Notes: generated by a model from the sequence alone, not told the origin. A stretch of 64,000 bases of DNA from Nemertoderma westbladi (GCA_032718475.1 JAUCBJ010007223.1:1885-65884), one strand, 5' to 3'; shown: positions 51,501 through 63,164, counted from the first letter of the stretch. Made by a program: numbers and translations.

Positions 51501-54500
51501 GGGTTCAATTAGGTGAGTACCGGAATGGGTTCAATTATGTGAGTACCGGAATGGGTTCAATTAGGTGAGTGCCGGAATGGGTTCAATTAGATGAGTACCG
51601 GAATGGGTTCAATTAGGTGAGTACCGGAATGGGTTCAATTAGGTGACTACCGGAATGGGTTCAATTAGGTGAGTACCGGAATGGGTTCAATTAGGTGAGT
51701 ACCGGAATGGGTTCAATTAGGTGAGTACCGGAATGGGTTCAATTAGGTGAGTACCGGAATGGATTCAATTAGGTGAGTACCGGAATGGGTTCAATTAGGT
51801 GAGTGCCGGAATGGATTCAATTAGGTGAGTACCGGAATGGGTTCAATTAGGTGAGTACCGGAATGGGTTCAATTAGGTGAGTGCCGGAATGGGTTCAATT
51901 AGATGAGTACCGGAATGGATTCAATTAGGTGAGTACCGGAATGGGTTCAATTAGGTGAGTACCGGAATGGGTTCAATTATGTGAGTACCGGAATGGGTTC
52001 AATTAGGTGAGTACCGGAATGGCTTCAATTAGGTGAGTACCGGAATGGGTTCAATTAGGTGAGTACCGGAATGGGTTCAATTAGGTGAGTCACGGAATGG
52101 GTTCAATTAGGTGAGTACCGGAATGGCTTCAATTAGGTGAGTACCGGAATGGCTTCAATTAGGTGAGTACCGGAATGGGTTCAATTATGTGAGTACCGGA
52201 ATGGGTTCAATTAGGTGAGTACCGGAATGGCTTCAATTAGGTGAGTACCGGAATGGGTTCAATTAGGTGAGTACCGGAATGGGTTCAATTATGTGAGTAT
52301 CGGAATGGGTTCAATTAGGTGAGTGCCGGAATGGGTTCAATTAGGTGAGTACCGGTATGGCTTCAATTAGGTGAGTACCGGAATGGGTTCAATTAGGTGA
52401 GTACCGGAATGGGTTCAATTAGGTGAGTACCGGAATGGCTTCAATTAGGTGAGTACCGGAATGGGTTCAATTAGGTGAGTACCGTAATGGGTTCAATTAG
52501 GTGAGTACCGGAATGGGTTCAATTAGGTGAGTACCGGAATGGGTTCAATTAGGTGAGTACCGGAATGGGTTCAATTAGGTGAGTACCGGAATGGGTTCAA
52601 TTAGGTGAGTACCGGAATGGGTTCAATTAGGTGAGTACCGGAATGGGTTCAATTAGGTGAGTACCGGAATGGGTTCAATTAGGTGAGTACCGGATTGGCT
52701 TCAAATAGGTGAGTACCGGAATGGGTTCAATTAGGTGAGTGCCGGAATGGGTTCAATTAGGTGAGTACCGGAATGTGTTCAATTAGGTGAGTACCGGAAT
52801 GGCTTCAATTAGGTAAGTACCGGAATGGCTTCAATTAGGTGAGTACCGGAATGGGTTCAATTATGTGAGTACCGGAATGGCTTCAATTAGGTGAGTACCG
52901 GAATGGGTTCAATTAGGTGAGTACCGGAATGGCTTCAATTAGGTGAGTACCGCAATGGCTTCAATTAGGTGAGTACCGGAATGGGTTCAATTAGGTGAGT
53001 ACCGGAATGGGTTCAATTATGTGAGTACCGGAATGGGTTCAATTAGGTGAGTGCCGGAATGGGTTCAATTAGATGAGTACCGGAATGGGTTCAATTAGGT
53101 GAGTACCGGAATGGGTTCAATTAGGTGACTACCGGAATGGGTTCAATTAGGTGAGTACCGGAATGGGTTCAATTAGGTGAGTACCGGAATGGGTTCAATT
53201 AGGTGAGTACCGGAATGGGTTCAATTAGGTGAGTACCGGAATGGATTCAATTAGGTGAGTACCGGAATGGGTTCAATTAGGTGAGTGCCGGAATGGATTC
53301 AATTAGGTGAGTACCGGAATGGGTTCAATTAGGTGAGTACCGGAATGGGTTCAATTAGGTGAGTGCCGGAATGGGTTCAATTAGATGAGTACCGGAATGG
53401 ATTCAATTAGGTGAGTACCGGAATGGGTTCAATTAGGTGAGTACCGGAATGGGTTCAATTATGTGAGTACCGGAATGGGTTCAATTAGGTGAGTACCGGA
53501 ATGGCTTCAATTAGGTGAGTACCGGAATGGGTTCAATTAGGTGAGTACCGGAATGGGTTCAATTAGGTGAGTCACGGAATGGGTTCAATTAGGTGAGTAC
53601 CGGAATGGCTTCAATTAGGTGAGTACCGGAATGGCTTCAATTAGGTGAGTACCGGAATGGGTTCAATTATGTGAGTACCGGAATGGGTTCAATTAGGTGA
53701 GTACCGGAATGGCTTCAATTAGGTGAGTACCGGAATGGGTTCAATTAGGTGAGTACCGGAATGGGTTCAATTAGGTGAGTACCGGATTGGGTTCAATTAG
53801 GTGAGTGCCGGAATGGGTTCAATTAGGTGAGTACCGGAATTTTTTAAATTAGGTGAGTGCCGGAATGGGTTCAATTAGGTGAGTACCGGAATGGGTTCAA
53901 TTAGGTGAGTACCGGAATGGGTTCAATTAGGTGAGTACCGGAATGGCTTCAATTAGGTGAGTACCGGAATGGGTTCAATTAGGTGAGTACCGGAATGGGT
54001 TCAATTAGGTGAGTACCGGATTGGGTTCAATTAGGTGAGTGCCGGAATGGGTTCAATTAGGTGAGTACCGGAATTTTTTAAATTAGGTGAGTGCCGGAAT
54101 GGGTTCAATTAGGTGAGTACCGGAATGGGTTCAATTAGGTGAGTACCGGAATGGGTTCAATTAGGTGAGTACCGGATTGGGTTCAAATAGGTGAGTACCG
54201 GAATGGGTTCAATTAGGTGAGTACCGGAATGGGTTCAATTAGGTGAGTACCGGAATGGGTTCAATTAGGTGAGTACCGGAATGGGTTCAATTAGGTGAGT
54301 ACCGGATTGGTTTCAAATAGGTGAGTACCGGATTGGGTTCAAATAGGTGAGTACCGGAATGGGTTCAATTAGGTGAGTACCGGAATGGGTTCAATTACGT
54401 GAGTACCTGATTGGGTTCAATTAGGTGAGTGCCGGAATGGGTTCAATTAGGTGAGTACCGGAATTTTTTAAATTATGTGAGTGTCGGAATGGGTTCAATT

Positions 54501-57500
54501 AGGTGAGTACCGGAATGGGTTCAATTAGGTGAGTACCGGAATGGGTTCAATTATGTGAGTACCGGAATGGGTTCAATTAGGTCAGTACCGGATTGGGTTC
54601 AATTAGGTGAGTACCGGGATGGGTTCAATTAGGTGAGTACCGGAATGGGTTCAAATAGGTGAGTACCGGAATGGGTTCAATTAGGTGAGTACCGGAATGG
54701 GTTCAATTAGGTGAGTACCGGAATGGGTTCAAATAGGTGAGTACCGGAATGGGTTCAATTAGGTGAGTACCGAAATGGGTTCAATTAGGTGAGTAGCGGA
54801 ATAGGTTCAATTAGGTGAGTACCGGAATGGGTTCAATTAGGTGAGTACCGGAATGGCTTCAATTAGGTGAGTACCGGAATGGCTTCAATTAGGTGAGTAC
54901 CGGAATGGGTTCAATTATGTGAGTACCGGAATGGGTTCAATTAGGTGAGTACCGGATTGGGTTCAAATAGGTGAGTACCGGATTGGGTTCAAATAGGTGA
55001 GTACCGGAATGGGTTCAATTAGGTGAGTACCGGAATGGGTTCAATTAGGTGAGTACCGGAATGGGTTCAATTAGGTGAGTACCGGAATGGCTTCAATTAG
55101 GTGAGTACCGGAATGGCTTCAATTAGGTGAGTACCGGAATGGGTTCAATTATGTGAGTACCGGAATGGGTTCAATTAGGTGAGTGCCGGAATGGGTTCAA
55201 TTAGGTGAGTACCGGATTGGGTTCAAATAGGTGAGTACCGGATTGGGTTCAATTAGGTGAGTACCGGAATGGGTTCAATTAGGTGAGTACCGGAGTGGGT
55301 TCAATTAGGTGAGTACCGGAATGGGTTCAATTAGGTGAGTACCGGAATGGCTTCAATTAGGTGAGTACCGGAATGGGTTCAATTAGGTGAGTACCGGAAT
55401 GGGTTCAATTAGGTGAGTACCGGAATGGGTTCAATTAGGTGAGTACCGGAATGGGTTCAATTAGGTGAGTACCGGAATGGGTTCAATTAGGTGAGTACCG
55501 GAATGGGTTCAATTAGGTGAGTACCGGAATGGGTTCAATTAGGTGAGTACCGGAATGGGTTCAATTAGGTGAGTACCGGATTGGGTTCAAATAGGTGAGT
55601 ATCGGATTGGGTTCAAATAGGTGAGTACCGGAATGGGTTCAATTAGGTGAGTACCGGAATGGGTTCAATTAGGTGAGTACCGGAATGGGTTCAATTAGGT
55701 GAGTACCGGAATGGGTTCAATTAGGTGAGTACCGGAATGGGTTCAATTAGGTGAGTACCGGAATGGGTTCAATTAGGTGAGTACCGGAATGGGTTCAATT
55801 AGGTGAGTACCGGAATGGGTTCAATTAGGTGAGTACCGGAATGGGTTCAATTAGGTGAGTACCGGATTGGGTTCAAATAGGTGAGTACCGGAATGGGTTC
55901 AAATAGGTGAGTACCGGAATGGGTTCAATTAGGTGAGCTACCGGAATGGGTTCAATTAGGTGAGTACCGGAATGGGTTCAATTAGGTGAGTACCGGAATG
56001 GGTTCAATTAGGTGAGTACCGGAATGGATTCAATTAGGTGAGTACCGGAATGGGTTCAATTAGGTGAGTGCCGGAATGGATTCAATTAGGTGAGTACCGG
56101 AATGGGTTCAATTAGGTGAGTACCGGAATGGGTTCAATTAGGTGAGTGCCGGAATGGGTTCAATTAGGTGAGTACCGGAATGGATTCAATTAGGTGAGTA
56201 CCGGAATGGGTTCAATTAGGTGAGTACCGGAATGGGTTCAATTATGTGAGTACCGGAATGGGTTCAATTAGGTGAGTACCGGAATGGCTTCAATTAGGTG
56301 AGTACCGGAATGGGTTCAATTAGGTGAGTACCGGAATGGGTTCAATTAGGTGAGTCACGGAATGGGTTCAATTAGGTGAGTACCGGAATGGCTTCAATTA
56401 GGTGAGTACCGGAATGGCTTCAATTAGGTGAGTACCGGAATGGGTTCAATTATGTGAGTACCGGAATGGGTTCAATTAGGTGAGTACCGGAATGGCTTCA
56501 ATTAGGTGAGTACCGGAATGGGTTCAATTAGGTGAGTACCGGAATGGGTTCAATTAGGTGAGTACCGGATTGGGTTCAATTAGGTGAGTGCCGGAATGGG
56601 TTCAATTAGGTGAGTACCGGAATTTTTTAAATTAGGTGAGTGCCGGAATGGGTTCAATTAGGTGAGTACCGGAATGGGTTCAATTAGGTGAGTACCGGAA
56701 TGGGTTCAATTAGGTGAGTACCGGAATGGCTTCAATTAGGTGAGTACCGGAATGGGTTCAATTAGGTGAGTACCGGAATGGGTTCAATTAGGTGAGTACC
56801 GGATTGGGTTCAATTAGGTGAGTGCCGGAATGGGTTCAATTAGGTGAGTACCGGAATTTTTTAAATTAGGTGAGTGCCGGAATGGGTTCAATTAGGTGAG
56901 TACCGGAATGGGTTCAATTAGGTGAGTACCGGAATGGGTTCAATTAGGTGAGTACCGGATTGGGTTCAAATAGGTGAGTACCGGAATGGGTTCAATTAGG
57001 TGAGTACCGGAATGGGTTCAATTAGGTGAGTACCGGAATGGGTTCAATTAGGTGAGTACCGGAATGGGTTCAATTAGGTGAGTACCGGATTGGTTTCAAA
57101 TAGGTGAGTACCGGATTGGGTTCAAATAGGTGAGTACCGGAATGGGTTCAATTAGGTGAGTACCGGAATGGGTTCAATTACGTGAGTACCTGATTGGGTT
57201 CAATTAGGTGAGTGCCGGAATGGGTTCAATTAGGTGAGTACCGGAATTTTTTAAATTATGTGAGTGTCGGAATGGGTTCAATTAGGTGAGTACCGGAATG
57301 GGTTCAATTAGGTGAGTACCGGAATGGGTTCAATTATGTGAGTACCGGAATGGGTTCAATTAGGTCAGTACCGGATTGGGTTCAATTAGGTGAGTACCGG
57401 GATGGGTTCAATTAGGTGAGTACCGGAATGGGTTCAAATAGGTGAGTACCGGAATGGGTTCAATTAGGTGAGTACCGGAATGGGTTCAATTAGGTGAGTA

Positions 57501-60500
57501 CCGGAATGGGTTCAAATAGGTGAGTACCGGAATGGGTTCAATTAGGTGAGTACCGAAATGGGTTCAATTAGGTGAGTAGCGGAATAGGTTCAATTAGGTG
57601 AGTACCGGAATGGGTTCAATTAGGTGAGTACCGGAATGGCTTCAATTAGGTGAGTACCGGAATGGCTTCAATTAGGTGAGTACCGGAATGGGTTCAATTA
57701 TGTGAGTACCGGAATGGGTTCAATTAGGTGAGTACCGGATTGGGTTCAAATAGGTGAGTACCGGATTGGGTTCAAATAGGTGAGTACCGGAATGGGTTCA
57801 ATTAGGTGAGTACCGGAATGGGTTCAATTAGGTGAGTACCGGAATGGGTTCAATTAGGTGAGTACCGGAATGGCTTCAATTAGGTGAGTACCGGAATGGC
57901 TTCAATTAGGTGAGTACCGGAATGGGTTCAATTATGTGAGTACCGGAATGGGTTCAATTAGGTGAGTGCCGGAATGGGTTCAATTAGGTGAGTACCGGAT
58001 TGGGTTCAAATAGGTGAGTACCGGATTGGGTTCAATTAGGTGAGTACCGGAATGGGTTCAATTAGGTGAGTACCGGAGTGGGTTCAATTAGGTGAGTACC
58101 GGAATGGGTTCAATTAGGTGAGTACCGGAATGGCTTCAATTAGGTGAGTACCGGAATGGGTTCAATTAGGTGAGTACCGGAATGGGTTCAATTAGGTGAG
58201 TACCGGAATGGGTTCAATTAGGTGAGTCACGGAATGGGTTCAATTAGGTGAGTACCGGAATGGCTTCAATTAGGTGAGTACCGGAATGGCTTCAATTAGG
58301 TGAGTACCGGAATGGGTTCAATTATGTGAGTACCGGAATGGGTTCAATTAGGTGAGTACCGGAATGGCTTCAATTAGGTGAGTACCGGAATGGGTTCAAT
58401 TAGGTGAGTACCGGAATGGGTTCAATTAGGTGAGTACCGGATTGGGTTCAATTAGGTGAGTGCCGGAATGGGTTCAATTAGGTGAGTACCGGAATTTTTT
58501 AAATTAGGTGAGTGCCGGAATGGGTTCAATTAGGTGAGTACCGGAATGGGTTCAATTAGGTGAGTACCGGAATGGGTTCAATTAGGTGAGTACCGGAATG
58601 GCTTCAATTAGGTGAGTACCGGAATGGGTTCAATTAGGTGAGTACCGGAATGGGTTCAATTAGGTGAGTACCGGATTGGGTTCAATTAGGTGAGTGCCGG
58701 AATGGGTTCAATTAGGTGAGTACCGGAATTTTTTAAATTAGGTGAGTGCCGGAATGGGTTCAATTAGGTGAGTACCGGAATGGGTTCAATTAGGTGAGTA
58801 CCGGAATGGGTTCAATTAGGTGAGTACCGGATTGGGTTCAAATAGGTGAGTACCGGAATGGGTTCAATTAGGTGAGTACCGGAATGGGTTCAATTAGGTG
58901 AGTACCGGAATGGGTTCAATTAGGTGAGTACCGGAATGGGTTCAATTAGGTGAGTACCGGATTGGTTTCAAATAGGTGAGTACCGGATTGGGTTCAAATA
59001 GGTGAGTACCGGAATGGGTTCAATTAGGTGAGTACCGGAATGGGTTCAATTACGTGAGTACCTGATTGGGTTCAATTAGGTGAGTGCCGGAATGGGTTCA
59101 ATTAGGTGAGTACCGGAATTTTTTAAATTATGTGAGTGTCGGAATGGGTTCAATTAGGTGAGTACCGGAATGGGTTCAATTAGGTGAGTACCGGAATGGG
59201 TTCAATTATGTGAGTACCGGAATGGGTTCAATTAGGTCAGTACCGGATTGGGTTCAATTAGGTGAGTACCGGGATGGGTTCAATTAGGTGAGTACCGGAA
59301 TGGGTTCAAATAGGTGAGTACCGGAATGGGTTCAATTAGGTGAGTACCGGAATGGGTTCAATTAGGTGAGTACCGGAATGGGTTCAAATAGGTGAGTACC
59401 GGAATGGGTTCAATTAGGTGAGTACCGAAATGGGTTCAATTAGGTGAGTAGCGGAATAGGTTCAATTAGGTGAGTACCGGAATGGGTTCAATTAGGTGAG
59501 TACCGGAATGGCTTCAATTAGGTGAGTACCGGAATGGCTTCAATTAGGTGAGTACCGGAATGGGTTCAATTATGTGAGTACCGGAATGGGTTCAATTAGG
59601 TGAGTACCGGATTGGGTTCAAATAGGTGAGTACCGGATTGGGTTCAAATAGGTGAGTACCGGAATGGGTTCAATTAGGTGAGTACCGGAATGGGTTCAAT
59701 TAGGTGAGTACCGGAATGGGTTCAATTAGGTGAGTACCGGAATGGCTTCAATTAGGTGAGTACCGGAATGGCTTCAATTAGGTGAGTACCGGAATGGGTT
59801 CAATTATGTGAGTACCGGAATGGGTTCAATTAGGTGAGTGCCGGAATGGGTTCAATTAGGTGAGTACCGGATTGGGTTCAAATAGGTGAGTACCGGATTG
59901 GGTTCAATTAGGTGAGTACCGGAATGGGTTCAATTAGGTGAGTACCGGAGTGGGTTCAATTAGGTGAGTACCGGAATGGGTTCAATTAGGTGAGTACCGG
60001 AATGGCTTCAATTAGGTGAGTACCGGAATGGGTTCAATTAGGTGAGTACCGGAATGGGTTCAATTAGGTGAGTACCGGAATGGGTTCAATTAGGTGAGTA
60101 CCGGAATGGGTTCAATTAGGTGAGTACCGGAATGGGTTCAATTAGGTGAGTACCGGAATGGGTTCAATTAGGTGAGTACCGGAATGGGTTCAATTAGGTG
60201 AGTACCGGAATGGGTTCCATTAGGTGAGTACCGGATTGGGTTCAAATAGGTGAGTATCGGATTGGGTTCAAATAGGTGAGTACCGGAATGGGTTCAATTA
60301 GGTGAGTACCGGAATGGGTTCAATTAGGTGAGTACCGGAATGGGTTCAATTAGGTGAGTACCGGAATGGGTTCAATTAGGTGAGTACCGGAATGGGTTCA
60401 ATTAGGTGAGTACCGGAATGGGTTCAATTAGGTGAGTACCGGAATGGGTTCAATTAGGTGAGTACCGGAATGGGTTCAATTAGGTGAGTACCGGAATGTG

Positions 60501-60862
60501 TTCAATTAGGTGAGTACCGGAATGGGTTCAATTAGGTGAGTACCGGAATGGGTTGTGTACCGGTACTGTATAAATTGTTAATATACCGGGAAAGTATTAT
60601 ACTTCAACCGACCAATATATTCACTTTTATCGCTGATGATTTACAATTTTAACATTTATAAGTTTCTAAATTTATTTGGTTATGCGTTTTGTCAGGTTTT
60701 AACTCTTAGTGATTTCTTACTTTAGAGCTGGACGTGGTTCCAGACGTTACCCCTAGGGGGCGTACCACACCTTTCGGAGAGGGCGATGAAAGCTTGAAGG
60801 AGTTAGTCATTAACGACAATCACCAAGTCTATTCCGAATACATTGTTTACTACCAACATTGA
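34924..60862 (+). CDS. Spliced gene: TRIM-like B-box/B-box/coiled-coil/filamin protein with a C-terminal PARP-like (ADP-ribosyltransferase fold) domain, about 661 aa or more
   Basis: Exons 34924-35061, 39001-39124, 39334-39869, 40550-40720, 40928-41102, 41432-41583, 41766-41958, 42316-42435, 42645-42800, 50103-50186, 60726-60862. All introns GT-AG with compatible phases; total 1986 nt ending in TGA; AATAAA at 61008. The 5' end is uncertain. Confidence 0.8.
35035..38860 (+). repeat. 39/35-bp minisatellite (~100 units) built from the exon end plus 5' splice site
   Basis: Unit GTTGGAGAGTGGACAGATAGGGATGGATGCCCAGGTAAG and shorter variants; the first unit overlaps the coding exon. Confidence 0.95.
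39001..39124 (+). CDS. Exon: B-box 2
   Basis: AACAG| DVAEKRKRVCDIHGAEFAFLCTTCDVIACPACTMSKH, completed by GH in the next exon. Confidence 0.85.
39334..39869 (+). CDS. Exon: coiled coil
   Basis: Track ORF 39345, helical and E/Q/L-rich; TTTAG| acceptor and AAG|GTATTT donor. Confidence 0.85.
40550..41102 (+). CDS. Two exons (40550-40720, 40928-41102): filamin-type Ig repeat
   Basis: Spliced NNDGSFKLKVK|VTDVGPYKLLLRF resembles the filamin DGTY...G.Y.L motif. Confidence 0.7.
41432..42435 (+). CDS. Three exons (41432-41583, 41766-41958, 42316-42435): PARP-like catalytic domain, N-terminal part
   Basis: PNWW...STFEYQRVQQLF...IVT|IKRLQNPELFKSY...EHYMFH...INRDGF...GIRF...VYVCRI, colinear with PARP12/14-type motifs. 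Confidence 0.75.
42645..42800 (+). CDS. Exon: S/R/G/K-rich low-complexity insert
   Basis: TATAG| ... |GTTAGT, phase 1-1, open reading frame. Confidence 0.6.
44733..48353 (+). CDS. Reverse transcriptase plus restriction-like endonuclease polyprotein
   Basis: Cys-rich N-terminus from the first ATG (44733); GVRPIGIGEVLRR, IDATNAFN, QGDP, FADD; CACG...HVLSC, RHNEIRD, RLD...IDVSV, ENRKILKY. Confidence 0.92.
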   Translation: MVCCGCSNSKSGRRCQRCVCAVEGRQCSSCAPGRNGNCANGGQTSSSQPLPSTYGAIPVASEGSLSQPVDSGTPDSGDEGDDDDTDWHDTLVDFDTTLTESTSNEAITPFKPNQASVVDPLVDPASVVGPLVPPASVVGPQVPPASVVGPLVPPAPVVGPLVPPASVVDRLVPPASVVGPQVPPASVVGPLVPPAPVVGPLVPPASVVDRLVPSAPVVGPLVPPAPVVGLLAPPASGISPLVPPTGSSVGPAPLAGPSCVTGSTEVTWAHVKLPKQHIEKSIADAYGVIVHWRPNLFLVPQGAGGRAFVAEMCRILVLATTNNVLQEVSLTALLLMPALLLQKPGRSSTTAIHRRILERRLESWKAGNFNELLIEARAIQSHLPKLRQFESQEVMRQKTFVRHMLTGNVSAATRCLRDLTRGKPLRLDDTFTDKDGATKVVRDVLREKHPAAKPADESVLLTEFDRAPEFHNVVFERLDGPCIQSCLLRMKGNAAGPSGLDVQGWKHLLTRFRNPSAELCERIADLAKRLAQVVVPPGSLSALLSSRLLALDKNPGVRPIGIGEVLRRVIGKATVLCISPDLQAVGGSVQMCLGQKAGIEHAIHSLNDSFASEDCDGILQIDATNAFNVLNRSAALHSIGLVCPALHTIVTNCYSEPARLFVGGETLYSEEGSTQGDPVAMPMFGCGITPLLDELDRGCDVEQKWFADDGNAGGRLGELRKFFDIACSRGPLYGYYPSKCVLTVKPDKLVEAEALFANTIVTIDTTGNKLLGGVIGTEEFCSSYVEEKVDEFAEEVDRLAEIAALDPHCAYAGLAFGLSCRWRFLTRVIPNATEHFGKLEETVQRFIAKLLDRPSLSAVERQLVSLPTRDGGLGIPVPSDLETQYDHSRRVCEPFADAESMAAVRTEQRRIVTEVKAESVTSSRTKREQVYAQLPTDQRKLCELTTEKGASAWLNSKPLTLQVTHLSKEEFRDAVCLRYGWCPKNLPSRCACGARFSATHVLSCPTGGFPSIRHNEIRDFVANSLTEVAYSVAVEPMLQPLSGETFTHRTTSTDQQARLDVSVSGFWGNRFQRSFIDVSVFNPLAATNAAMSLDAAHLHHENRKILKYEERIREVEHSTFVPLIFSAFGGMAPTTRQFVKRLGQKLADKREVRYSECVTWIRRKLNFALLRSSLLCLRGCRSASKRPVHCPVSDASIRLDNADTEP
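45079..45440 (+). repeat. 30-bp coding tandem repeat (PASVVGPLVP)n within the retrotransposon ORF
   Basis: About 12 units with a 120-bp higher-order period. Confidence 0.9.
50103..50186 (+). CDS. Exon: S/K/R-rich low-complexity insert
   Basis: CCCAG| GTNSVKSRTKTKSPRSSLQSGSIKQRQL |GTGAGT, phase 1-1. Confidence 0.6.
50180..60554 (+). repeat. 26-bp satellite (CAATTAGGTGAGTACCGGAATGGGTT)n, ~400 units, nearly all carrying AG|GTGAGT
   Basis: Directly visible; the first unit overlaps the end of exon 50103-50186. Confidence 0.97.
60726..60862 (+). CDS. Last exon: PARP-like domain C-terminus
   Basis: KELVINDNHQVYSEYIVYYQH* matches the PARP terminal E.V....Q.YPEY.I.Y motif. Confidence 0.8.
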
Positions 60863-61181
60863 AGACTCTATGGGTTGACTCGTATTTGCGTAGAGAACCC
60901 ACCCCCTCCTCATTACGGAGTTGAGTTAACAGGAAAAATAGTCATGTAGTCTGCTGTACAGTAATTATTATATATATATATACTTTACAATATATTTCAA
61001 TTTTCTTAATAAATTAGCTATGTTAAATTTATTTCCTTTACTTTGATTTTATATTAAAGTGCGAATAGTTTTTAATAGAGGAGAGAATCTCATAAAGTGC
61101 TATGTTATGATTTGTAGTATCTCTCTGGATACTCACCAGTCGTATAAAGTTCTACATTATGTAGGGCCTACAACCTCTTAA

Positions 61182-61564
61182 GGCCTGTTTACACGTGGCA
61201 ACTTTTAGAGCAACTTTCTCGGCAACTAGCAACTTTTTTTGGAGCAACTTAATTTAATCGCTGTTTACACGTGGCAACTTTACCAGCAACTTTATCAGCA
61301 ACTTGGCCGGCAACTTTTAGAGCAACTTGGCTAGTTTGACTGTAAAATAGTGGGTCATTTTATCTACTAGCTAGTTTTTGATAATTTAATTTGATTATCC
61401 CGCTTTAATTCGCCAACGCAAATTCCTTCAAGTTGCCGTAAAAGTTGAGCAACTTTTACAGCAACTTTTTTACGTGTTTACACGGAGCAACTTGATCGGC
61501 AACCTGGGTTGCTCTACAAGTTGCCGAGAAAGTTGCTCTAAAAGTTGCCACGTGTAAACAGGCC
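61182..61564. mobile_element. MITE with ~46-bp TIRs, flanked by TTAA (Kolobok- or Harbinger-like)
   Basis: GGCCTGTTTACACGTGGCAACTTTTAGAGCAACTTTCTCGGCAACT and its exact inverse; internal GCAACTT repeats. Confidence 0.88.
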
Positions 61565-62744
61565 TTAATACCTGAGGAGTTAAATTTGTCTTTAAAGTAG
61601 TTTTTTTATTTGGTGCCTCTGTTGTACTGGTTCATTGGTCACGTATACCAGTAGTGGTACATCAATAATAATAGTTGTAGACCTACAGTACAGTAGACGA
61701 TACAGTTCTACAGATTATGTGACTTCATTATTTTTACAAGTTGTTTAGATATGATTTACCTATTTAATGAACATAATTAGTATTTTGATTTTATAAACTT
61801 TATTATCAACTGAATTTCAAATGAAGGCCTATGTACGCCCAATAGATAACCACTTCATTGTTTATACCATTAGGCTACTAAGTCATTATTATAGTATAAA
61901 TTTTGTTATGAAGGTGTGACACAAACCTGGAATTTTTTCAAAGCATGGTTTCAAATTTGAATTTAAATTCGGAATTTGAAATATGCCTTCATAATCTCCG
62001 AATCTCGTCATGGATTACTTTTATACCCTTGGCATAATTTCAAACACATTGCGATTAAACGTTAGTTTTCGTTATTTAATACGTCCAGCAATGTATTTAC
62101 TTAGTTAAACAAACCTTCATGAAGAAAATCCGTTTTCATTATAAAGTTATAAAAGGAAATGATATTTGGCCTAAATTGTAATAATTCAGGTAGGCTTACC
62201 TTTACCTTATTGCTACAATGGTTTGCAATATGCCTAGTAAAATATGGGTTTCGTTGAGAAATAGCTGAGATTGGTGTTCTGAAAATGCATGCTTTGTAAC
62301 TGCGTGAGGCTATATTAAGAGCCACAAATGTATATTAAAGTAAAAGTATGTTTTCGTTGGCCAGGGATTACGTACAAAGTCGAATGACTTGGTGAGAAGT
62401 ACCCCACGAAAGAAACTGCTGTACCCATTTAGCGACCAAAAGAATGGAAGTCGTAGATGAACCCTGTCTAGTCCCTCTACAGTATAGTACTGGATGTTTT
62501 TACTGATTTGGAATCCTGATTTGGAACCGACTATAATATGGTTGAAGTAAAACTGCGGCGGTGTTGCTGGTTGAAAATCGAGAGGCTTTTTTTAGAACGT
62601 TTGTAGCAAAATATTGAAAATATATGACATTTATACGAATGACTTTATTTATACTTTTATTAAATATAATTATAAGTGATTAGTTATTTATAGCGCAATA
62701 TATAGCACCACAACAGTACGGGTTACGATTTGTGAATCGATTCA

Positions 62745-63025
62745 TTACAACTGAAGAAACGGTAGAAGATGATTGGGAACGAATATAGATATTCCAACTC
62801 CTATAGAGAAAAAGGCAACGAGACCCACATAGAACAGGGGCATTCGTAACAGACCGCTGCCCGCCATCTGCGGGGTAATCTCGATCTGCGTCTCATACTC
62901 TTCTATCTGTCGTTTCGAGCGAATAACTTCTTCTTTAGCTTTCAATGTTTCTTCGCGTTGGCTCGTTAACTGACGTTTAATCGTTCCTATTTCGCCACGT
63001 AGCGTCTCAACATCACCCGACATAG
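62745..63025 (-). CDS. Probable last exon of a gene encoding a coiled coil plus C-terminal transmembrane (tail-anchor) segment
   Basis: Track ORF of 92 aa with a heptad-like region then PLFYVGLVAFFSIGVGISIFV; acceptor-like CCTACAG just upstream; minus-strand AATAAA at 62644-62649. Confidence 0.6.
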
Positions 63026-63164
63026 CTGTAGGATATGTTCTTCACGGTAAATCGTTTATTTATTAGAGATTGTATCTATTTCTTCTTTATACCGTAGGTG
63101 TAAATTAAAACTCAAAAATTCGTATCAGACCAGGTACTTGTGAATTATGTTTGACTGAATTACA

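Noticed and set aside
50180-60554. CRISPR-like array or telomeric repeat
   Set aside because: Head-to-tail units with no unique spacers and no cas genes; the array is internal and intronic.
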